Assembly: GCF_001194135.2 (NCBI RefSeq)
Contig: NC_069005.1
Span: 14,647,205-14,711,204 of the forward strand
Origin: Octopus bimaculoides
Taxonomy: Eukaryota
Length of the DNA stretch: 64,000 bases
Direction of reading: 5' to 3'
Part shown: one piece after another, positions 1 through 9,219 of the stretch
Layout of the letters: each line of letters opens with the position of its first letter
How positions within the stretch are numbered: position 1 is the first letter of the stretch
Notes under the pieces: generated by a model
The model's input: the letters and a program-made list of their open reading frames with translations, nothing else
The model's database searches: none
Told to the model about the DNA's origin: nothing
Position numbers and translations under genes: made by a program

Positions 1-499
1 AAAAGGGATTACCCTGCTATGTATAATCAGGGCAGCGCAAAAAGTTGTTTTGCACAAGCATTTCTATAGCCAATTACACGGATGAAATTTACGTATGCTT
101 AATAATTTTACACAAAACAGCCTTCAGACTTTCCCTATTAATTTCATTGTCTTTTGAATTATGAACATATTTACATCATAAGGGTTTTTTCGTTGTAAGG
201 CTTTCTTTTTTAGTTGATTTTCAGCTAGCAAGACTTATCGTAGATGGCATAATAAGTCACACCCGGACAAGGTCGGGTTATACTGCTAGTATATATACAA
301 AATCATACTCATGTACACATTCAGATGGATATAAACAGATCCATGTATGTAGATCATATATATTAGGAAGGGCATCCAGCCATAAAAACCATGCCAAAAC
401 AGAAACCTGGTGTAGTCTTCTGCTTTGCCAGCTCCTGTCAAACCATCCAACCCATGCCAGCATGGAAGGCAGACATTAAACAATGATGATATACAATCA

Positions 500-1120
500 T
501 ATGACAAGCATATTTTGGATTCTATTTACCAAATTCTCTTACAAGTCATTGGTCTGAGTCTTAGAGAGACTATATTAGAGTTGCAGAAGTTCAAAACCTG
601 AAAAAATAGTACAGAATTCCAAGGTTTAAAGATTAACATGACAAATCTCAAAGTGTTACTTTTACAAAATCTCAGTACTTTCTGAAAAGTAGCTTCACCT
701 GATATGTAAGTAGAAACTGAATACTGTGTATTCTCTGAAAGCAATAAGTGCACAAAAGTACTATGAGATCACTGTAAGGTTGATAAAATTGAGTGCTTCC
801 CAAAGTGAGTGGTACCTCCCTCTTGGTGAGGGTGATAATGTGGTGGCCAAAAATGGGCAATGGATGTAAAAACAACGAAATAATGGGTTAATTAGGTTAA
901 GTTTTATTTCTGAAATACAGTTGTTTTGAATTTGCTGCAGAAAGTGGTCTATGTTTGTGATGGTGAGTGGGGGTAGCCTGGGTGTTAAGGGGGCGGCAAC
1001 CCAAAATAGTTTGGGAACCATTGTGATAGATGTACCAGATAGAATTATGGTTACTATGAATTGATGCCAATGAAGTGCTGTGATTATTCACTAAATATAA
1101 CTGATAATTTCTGTTAATTA
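500..1120 (+). mobile_element. Degenerate RTE-clade LINE reverse transcriptase fragment
   Basis: Broken frame reads LELQKFKT*KNSTEFQGLKINMTNLKVL followed by a decayed Cys-rich segment; resembles the better-preserved RTE copy at 12480-14090. Many stops. Confidence 0.5.
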
Positions 1121-1130
1121 CAAGATTTAA

Positions 1131-1336
1131 CCTTTTAGCATTCAGAATGAAATACTTATTTATTCATTGTTTTGAATTAATCATGCATTACCTCATAACT
1201 TAAAGATTTCAATGATGTGAATGTTTATTTTGAGAATGACATTGCATGGTAAGTGTGATAGGCCAAATCTGGTTGGTTTGAACATAAAACAGGTAGAATA
1301 CTTTGCCTGGATATGGCTGGTTTAAATGCTAAAGGT
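1131..1336. mobile_element. piggyBac-like MITE, copy 1
   Basis: TTAA|CCTTTTAGCATT ... AATGCTAAAGGT|TTAA; about 205 bp, non-coding; the family recurs five times in the window. Confidence 0.75.
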
Positions 1337-1752
1337 TTAAACTAGTGGTTCTCAACTGGGGTCCATATAGTCCTTTAGGACAAATTTTCATTTCTCCTTT
1401 GCATTACCCATTTTTGTCTTGCAGCCCTAAGGCTTTTTTGTTGTATATGTATTATTATCATTTTAATTGTTGTCTTTATGTGGCCCTAAGCCTTTATTCT
1501 GTTTGTTTTGTCCCTCGTCCGTCCACCAATGGTCTCATCTTGTTTTGTTATGTTTAGGTCCCATTCCCGGCAAGTTTTTTGTTGGTGCCTCCAGAGTGGA
1601 AGCAATATTATCGATAATGGCTGAAATTGCGCTCCACCCTCTGGCCAATAACTGAAGAGGAGTTCGTGACCTGTGTTTCTCGTTCATCTGTGTATTTGGT
1701 ATATGTTTGTTTACTACATGTTTTTTTAATTATATATATATATATATATATG

Positions 1753-3132
1753 TACATGGGTTGGACAAAATAATGGAAACACCTTAAAATTTCAAACAAA
1801 TTTATCTTAATATGGGATAGGATCGTCTTTGGCAGTGATTACAGCTTGAATTCTACGAGGTATGGACTTGCACAAAGTTTGAATTGTTTCCAAAGGAATT
1901 TTTGTCCATTCTTCAGCTAAAACAGTCTCCAGTTCTTGTTTTTCTAAAATTCACCATAAATGTTCAATAATATTGAGATCTGGGGACTGTGGTGGCCAGA
2001 TAAGATGTTCAACTTCACTAGAATGTTCCTCGTGCCATTCAGTAACAACTTTAGCTGTGTGAATTGGTGCATTATCATCCTGAAAGATTGCGTTTCCCTC
2101 CGGAAACAGTTCCGCAACCATAGAATGAANNNNNNNNNNATAACGGTTAGAAGAAGGTAGTCTGGGTCAAATGCTTCTTTTGGCTGTCTCCACACGTATA
2201 CTTGGCTGGTGGTCGGAAATAAGATAAAAGATGACTTGTCCGAGAAAATAACATTCTTCCACTGTTCTAGGGACCAATTCTGTAGGTTTTTACTCCACTC
2301 TAAATGCTTTGCAATGTTTATGTTTGAAAGTAGTAGTTTTCTGATTGCAGCCCTCCCATGAAATGTGGCTTTGTGCAGCTCAAAGGAAACTAGGTTCTCA
2401 AGGTGGTCATTAAGCTCTGCAATAATTTTGGGAGCTGTACTTGTGTGATTCTTTCTAACAATTCATGCAAGAGTCTGATGGTCCCTATCTGAAAGTTTTG
2501 GTTTTCTTCCAGAGTTTTGTTTCGACGAGGAGGTTTTACCCTCTTTCTAAAAGGCTGTCATTACTTTTGAGATAGTACTTCTTGACACATCAAACATTTT
2601 GGCTGTTTCGTTATACTAGCGGCTGTCATACAAGTACCAACAATTTGACCTCTTTGAAAGTCTGATAGATCTGTCATTTTAATGAATTTTAATTACCTTT
2701 TTCTGATGATATCTGAAAAGAAACAACAATTTTAGCAAAACATATTAAGCAAAGGGGCAACACCCTGAAACTAATCTGTAGATGCCAGACCAGCAAGGGG
2801 ATGCGGCTGACCTCCCCTGTTCGAAGGTTATAATGGACACAGGTTCGTGTGTCACATAGCTAGCTAGAAGCGATGGCCTCTTGGAGCTACTCAACGGCAG
2901 CATTCGTCCTATTTCTTGGACTGCCATGTTGGCTTGGCGATAACTATTAATATCCAGTACCACTGCCGTAGTCTCCTTTAGAGAGACTTAGAAATATTAG
3001 TATTTCTATATTAAGCAACACTAATAATAAATCAAAAGACATAAAAAGAAACAAGCTTTTGACGGTTTTATAGATATTTCAAAATTACGATGCTATGATG
3101 CTTGGTGTTTCCATTGTTTTGTCCAACCCGTA
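1753..3132 (-). mobile_element. Tc1-family DNA transposon, decayed, DD36E spacing
   Basis: Inverted termini GGGTTGGACAAAATAATGGAAACACC (1758-1783) and GGTGTTTCCATTGTTTTGTCCAACCC (3104-3129) with TA flanks; minus strand encodes FQDDNAPIHTAKVVTEWHEEHSSEVEHLIWPPQSPDLNIIEHLW followed by a stop; contains a short N gap. Confidence 0.9.
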
Positions 3133-3737
3133 TGTATACAGGTATGTCATACTTTCCTTTTGTTGTCTTTATATCTATGCACATATATATATATGCAGGC
3201 GTGGCTGTGTGGTAAGAAGCTTTCTTCCCACTGCTTGTCTCAGGTTGCTGTGTCATTCCATAAGGACTATTCAACCCATGCTAACAGCGAAAACAAACTT
3301 GAAACAATGGTGATGATGACGCTCAAACATTGAAATTACAGTTTCAACTCCTAGGCTGGTGATGTGTTGGGTTCTTGAGCAAAACACTTCATTACACATA
3401 GCTCCAGTTCACTTAGATGTAAATGGGTATCTCTGCAACATATTGGGGGTTCATTCAGGGGGAAATGTTGGCCTGCCCACTTAGCCAGTGGGGTGTCCTC
3501 ATTCAAAAGCTACAACAATGTGAGGAAGTACATTGTGACTAGCAGTGTATAACAACACCAGATAATATGATTGATACCAAGATACTGTGATATATGACTA
3601 TTAAGGAAGTTGGAAAAGATGCAGGATAGTGGAATTTTAATCCAGAAGCCCATAATTATGAAATGAACTTAAATATTTGGCCATATCTCTCGACACATAC
3701 GTAGTAGTAGTAGTAATAATAATGATAATAATAATAA

Positions 3738-3942
3738 CCGTTTCTACTAAAAGCACAAGGCCTGAAATTTTGGGAGAGGGGACTAGTCGATTATATCAAC
3801 TCCAGTGTTTCACTGGTACTTAATTTATCAACCCTGAAAGGTAAAGTCAACCTCAGTGGAATTTAAACTCAGAATGTAGAGACAGATGAAATGCTACAAA
3901 GCATTTTGCCTGGTGTGCTAACAATTCTGCCAGCTTGTCACC

Positions 3943-3980
<38 letters not shown>

Positions 3981-5065
3981 CCTTTCTACTAAAGAATTAG
4001 AACTCAGAATGTGAAGATGGGTGAAATACCACTAAGCTTTTTGCCAAGTGTGCAGTAATAATAATTCTTTCTACAAAAGGCACAAGGCCTGAAATTTGGT
4101 GGGAGGGAGTTAGTCCTTGATTATTGACTCCTAAAGGATGAAAGGCAAAGTTGACTTCAACAGAATTTGAACTGAACCAGAGGAAATGCCATTAAGCATT
4201 TTGTTCAACTGGCTAACAATTCTATCAGTTTGTCACCTTAGTAATAATATCAATAATAATAAAAATCCTCTCTACTATAGGCACAATGCCTGAAATTCGG
4301 TGGGAGACAGTTAGTCATTGACCCCAGTACTTGACTGGTATATATGTTATCAATTCCAAAAGGATGAAAGGCAAAGTTGACCTCAGCAGAATTTCAACTT
4401 GGAATGCAAAGACAGACAAAACACTTAGGAGAATTTTGTCCAGCTCACAGACTTTAATAATGGTTTCAAATTTTGGAACAAGGCCACCAATTTCATGGGA
4501 GGGGCCAGTTGATTACATTGACCTGTGCTCGACTGGTACTGGATGAAAGGCAAAATCAACCTCGGTGGAATTTGAACTCAGAATGTAAAGACGCACAAAA
4601 CGCTGCTAAGCAATTTACCCAGCATGCTAATGATTCTACCAGTTCATGGCCTTAATAATGATAATAATAGTAATCTTTTCTATTATAGGCACAAAGACTG
4701 AAAGATTTTAGGGAAGGAGCTAGTCAGTTATATCAATCCCAGTACTCAACTGGTGTTTATTTTACCAACCCTGAAAGGATGAAAGGTAAAGTCAACCTCA
4801 GCAGAATTTGAACTCAGAATGTAAAGATTAATGATATGCTGCTAAGCAGTTTGCCTGGTGTGCCACCGATTCTGCCAGCTCACCACCTCATAAGGTTTGA
4901 AATTTTGGTACAAGACCAGCCAGATTGGCGGAGGGGTGAGTCGATTACATCAACCCTGGTATTCAGCAGCTGTTTATTTTATTGACCCTGAAAGGATGAA
5001 AGGCAAAGTTAAACTCAGAATATAAAGATGGATGAAATGCTACTAAGAATTTCTAAGACATCTCA
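3738..5065 (-). repeat. Head-to-tail array of about 7 SINE copies (GGCGGCGAGCTGGCAG family), mostly separated by (AAT)n
   Basis: Recurring CCTGAAAGGATGAAAGGYAAAGTYRACCTC..GAATTTGAACTCAGAATG blocks, all in one orientation, mostly with TAATAATAA spacers. Confidence 0.8.
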
Positions 5066-6329
5066 CAGTACACAAAAATCATATCCCAATAAGTGGCTGA
5101 CCAATCCAGTTATAACTTTCGTCTGTCTCCTATGCTTCAAATTATGTAGATGTGTAGGACTAAATGGCCATCTGAGGGGTCATCGACAAGAAAGCAGAAT
5201 GACTGTAACCACCTGTGAAAATGGAATAATCATCCTCATATGTGTGTGTGTGTCGTCGTCGTCGTTTAACATCCGCTTTCCATGCTAGCATGGGTTGGAC
5301 GATTTGACTGAGGACTGGTGAAACCAGATGGCTACACCGCGTGTGTAAATATATACACACACATAAACATATTTCTTAATCTATCTATGTAATACAAAAA
5401 CATTCCAATAAACCTTGGAACTTCTACCTTTATAAGTAGGCTGTAACATCCTTGGCACTTACGTGAATTTTTGCTACCCTGGTAACTATTTATTTTTTCC
5501 GTGTTATTTGTACACATTGAAAAAATACACATACATTTATATATATATATATCATTCATCTGATATTAATATATAATTGCATATATGAAGTTAAGGCTCC
5601 TTAATGACACCAACTGTTAATGTGTACAGGGTGAAAAAACCAGTATAGGGGAGAAAACTCTCCGAGAACCTTGTTCAGGTTAGATTACTAGAGCTTTAGC
5701 AATGTATTTTTTTCCATCAAAACGCTGACGTCTTATTATTATAATAAGGAAGGGGGTAAGTTAATTACAGCAACCTCAGTACTTAACTGGTACTTATTTT
5801 ATAATAATGAAATTATTGTATACAGTGCTCAAGTGCACTACAGTTCATCAGAAAAAGTAGCTAAAAATGCATGAACAGTAAATAGAATAATGCACAGAAA
5901 GGGAACAGTGAATGAGTCGTTAAAAACATGGAGTGGGGTGGCATCAGATGTGTTGTCAACGAATTTCAGTGATGTCATTTCTTTTTCAGACTTCTGAAAA
6001 AACATTTCCAGTCATGAGAAAATATCAGCTTAGAAGCAGGCGAGGGTTGCTGACAGGAACAGCATCCTACGTTAGAAAACTGCCTCTCAACGAATTCCAT
6101 CTGACTCATGCAGACATGGAGAAATGGGTGTTAAAACAACAGCAACAACATTGATAGGGTGGCTGTTTGATAAAGAAACTTTCTTCTCAGGCATGGGTTC
6201 AGTTCCACCATGCAGTCTTCTACTATAGCTCCTGGCCAACTAAAGATGCCTTGTGAGTGGATTTGGTAGACGAAAACTGAAACACACACACATATAATGT
6301 GTGTGTGTGTTGTTTATATATATATTATC

Positions 6330-6600
6330 TTGTAATGCACCTGGACACACCAGCAATGTTGCCTGGGGTAATTGTGCTTCAGGACTTCAGTCAGAAACCC
6401 TTTCTCAAGCGATTCAACCAGGGTTGATAAGCCTCAGCTTCTGCCCCTGTCCAATGACTCGCGTATTCTGATCCAGATCCCTCTCGAAGCTGCTTCTGTA
6501 GCTAACTTGATGTCCTTTCGTCCACCACCATCAGCCCATTCCTACGATGTTTAGCATGTAGCATTACTGGCCTACGAACCCTCTGCATCCCTTTACATTC
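6330..6600 (-). mobile_element. 3' fragment of an RLE-type non-LTR retrotransposon (Hero/NeSL-like)
   Basis: Minus strand reads GGRKDIKLATEAASRGIWIRIR, like the C-terminal A(S/A)RWLW helix of Hero-like ORFs, followed by a plausible 3' UTR. Recognised by eye only. Confidence 0.45.
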
Positions 6601-6932
6601 ATACCAATAATCGTTGGTGCACCGATTATCTATTATCTTTTAACTGTTTCAGTCATTTCACTGCGGCCGTGCTGGGGCACCGCCTTGAAGTCAAATCGAC
6701 CCCAGGACTTTTTTAAAAGCCAGATATTTATTTTATNNNNNNNNNNNNNNNNNNNNNNNNNNNNNNNNNNNNNNNNNNNNNNNNNNNNNNNNNNNNNNNN
6801 NNNNNNNNNNNNNNNNNNNNNNNNNNNNNNNNNNNNNNNNNNNNNNNNNNNNNNNNNNNNNNNNNNNNNNNNNNNNNNNNNNNNNNNNNNNNNNNNNNNN
6901 NNNNNNNNNNNNNNNNNNNNNNNNNNNNNNNT

Positions 6933-7116
6933 ATATACGACAGGCTTCTCTCAGTTTCCGTCTACCAAATCTACTCACAAGGCTTTGATCAGCCCGAGGC
7001 TATAGTAGAAAAGACGGATTTAGTTTTTACACTTGCCCAAAGTGCCACGCAGTGGGACTGAACTCAGATCTATGTGATTGGGATGCAAGCTTCTTACCAC
7101 ACAGCCACGCCTGCGC
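6933..7116 (-). mobile_element. tRNA-derived SINE (GGCTGTGTGGTAAG-head family), representative copy
   Basis: Reverse complement GCGCAGGCGTGGCTGTGTGGTAAGAAGCTTGC...TTCAGTCCCACTGCGTGGCACTTTGGGCAAGTGT with A/B-box-like motifs. Other copies near 3195, 16488, 21415, 33815, 36100, 36410, 37735, 38550, 41777, 43595, 46620, 50625, 54005, 61018. Confidence 0.85.
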
Positions 7117-7509
7117 TTGTAGTTACGTTAGTAAATGCCTCAGCCATAATCTGGAGAAGCTAGGATTTTCAAGCAAAGAAAGATAACCAGCTAACACGAA
7201 CTTTACAGATACAATCCGTTGGTGGAATAGAAAAGTGTACAAAACTTTCCTAAAGTTCGACATGTAAGCAACTATTGGTGTTATCATCCAAACTCCACTG
7301 ATGGAGCTTTTGTTTCGTTGTCAGAAAATGGGTCTCCCATTCTAGAATGAATACTAATAAATATAAAGAGAAAGAAAGAAAACTGATAGTTTCGGCGATC
7401 TTTTTAAAAGCGCTATTTACGTTCTTCTCTCCGATCATGTATAAATATGCTTGTCTGCCCTTCTCCAGTTTATAAAAGCAGTGATTAAAGCAATGGAGAT
7501 TCTTGTCTC

Positions 7510-7850
7510 TCACAACAGAAAAACATTTCTCATGGCACCAGCAGACAAAATGGAAAAGGTGTTGCCCCGAAGGATAGCGAGAGAGATGCGCTGGAACAGT
7601 CACTCTGACTCACGGGGCTCACACTTGCGGACAGTAATCTCCACCCCGATAGCGATGAATAGGGATATGTTCCGGGGACCAAGAACACCGGAGGTCTCAA
7701 CTGCCATAGGCTTGATCATGAACCTGTCAGAGAGCGACCGATACCATGACAGATTGTTTTTCTTAGCCAGACGAGCAGCGGAGCCTGGACTGGTAGCTGA
7801 CAACACCAAGTTGCCGCTGGAAAAGATATAACATGTGGCATCCCCATTGA
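7510..7850 (-). mobile_element. CRE-clade non-LTR retrotransposon 3' fragment (restriction-like endonuclease domain)
   Basis: Minus strand reads (W/G)DATC...SAARLAKKNNLSWYRSLSDRFMIKPMAVETSGVLGP...CEPRESE*LFQRISLAILRGN; matches the CRE-type DATC..AA..K..Y..P.A.ET.G..G..QR.S.A..RGN signature; one internal TGA at 7600. Confidence 0.85.
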
Positions 7851-8299
7851 GATTTTAAAACAGTTGTCGTGGATCAACACTGTATGCTGGCATTTTGTTG
7901 ACTCGGTACATCTACGATGTTCACCGCCACAGAAGGAATTAGTAAAACATCAAATATTTTCCTCTTCTACTTACAACTGATACAATAAGCGAGAGTCGGA
8001 ACGAGATTACACACATCTCTATGGGTAGACATTACTGACAGTGGTGAACGTTACCGTCAAATTGAAGTAAATCGCCAGCTGGTTAATGTTTATGCCAAAT
8101 GCAAAGAGTAGAAGAGATTATCTGTCACAACTGTATTTGTTTATATAAACGCGAATCTTTATTTATTTTATTTCAAGTTGAAGAAAACTAGTAACGACTT
8201 TCAAACCAACTATTTAAAATTAAATAGACCATAAAACATTATTTTATTTAACCACAAAAACCGTACCTGAGACGAGAGACCATGTGTTTTTGTTGTTTA

Positions 8300-8646
8300 C
8301 CATGTCGGACACATATATGTCTTCAATAAGATCTGTTTTGATTGGCTAATAAATTAGCAACAAGCTTTCAAAGCGATGTAAGACGTTCCCTTATTGGTTA
8401 TTCTAATTTATATATGTATTATTAAGCTATAGTTGGTAAACATTTCCTGCGTCAGCACTCGACGCACAGTAACCTAGTAAGTCACACTCATGTACAACGG
8501 AGGCTTACCTTTTTTATATGTATACAAAAATCAATCTCAAAAAATGTGAGAACCGGTTTCCAAATGACGTTGTGTGTATTAATTTAAACTGCAACCGAAT
8601 GTAATTCGTTCGATCATTTATTGCAAATTGTCTCGACAACAGAAAA
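8300..8646. promoter_or_regulatory. Putative promoter of the MADF gene, possibly bidirectional
   Basis: Repeat-free, CpG-containing stretch directly upstream of ATG 8647; two ATTGG (reverse CCAAT) boxes at 8341 and 8393; TGACGT near 8564. Confidence 0.5.
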
Positions 8647-8824
8647 ATGGCGTCGATGGAAAGGGTGGACTTGACTATGACATCGAGTCAAATTGAATTT
8701 TTAATTGAGTTGTACAGAGAACGGGAACTGCTTTGGAACCCTGACCACGAAAACTACACTTACAGACCCGCCCGAGCTATGGCTCTACGCGAGATCGCAG
8801 AAAAAATGGGTGTTGGATGGACAG
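8647..8824 (+). CDS. MADF/BESS-domain transcription factor, coding exon 1 of 3
   Basis: MASMERVDLTMTSSQIEFLIELYRERELLWNPDHENYTYRPARAMALREIAEKMGVGWT is the N-terminal half of a MADF domain; donor CAG|GTCAGT at 8825, phase 1. Confidence 0.9.
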
Positions 8825-9219
8825 GTCAGTTGTAGCTGAGCTTTGTATTGTGACTATTTTAGGAATGTGTATATAAGTTACGTTACATCAAAACAGAAAA
8901 ATAATTGCATAAATGCGTTTCCAAAACAATAGATATTGACACGATCAGAGTGTTAAATAGCGAAATTTATTATTGGTTATCAGTCGATTGTTGTACATTT
9001 TCAATTAGATTAATAGTGTGTATGTGTAATAACTCGTGTGTTGCTTATGTTGTGTCCTGTAACCTAGCACATCAACAATAACTAAAAATCGATAAAATAA
9101 GTACCAGGCTGAATGGAATAAGTCCTGGAGGATCGATATGATCGACTAAAGCATTGAAGACTGTGCAGATCCCTAGTCTGATCGTCGTATAATTAGATAT
9201 ATATATATATATGGTAAAG

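Noticed and set aside
3738-5065. CRISPR-like repeat-spacer array
   Set aside because: Units are about 200-bp diverged SINEs in eukaryotic DNA, without constant short repeats, unique spacers or cas genes.
7451-7831. 126-aa + strand ORF
   Set aside because: Antisense shadow of the CRE-like endonuclease fragment; no independent motif.
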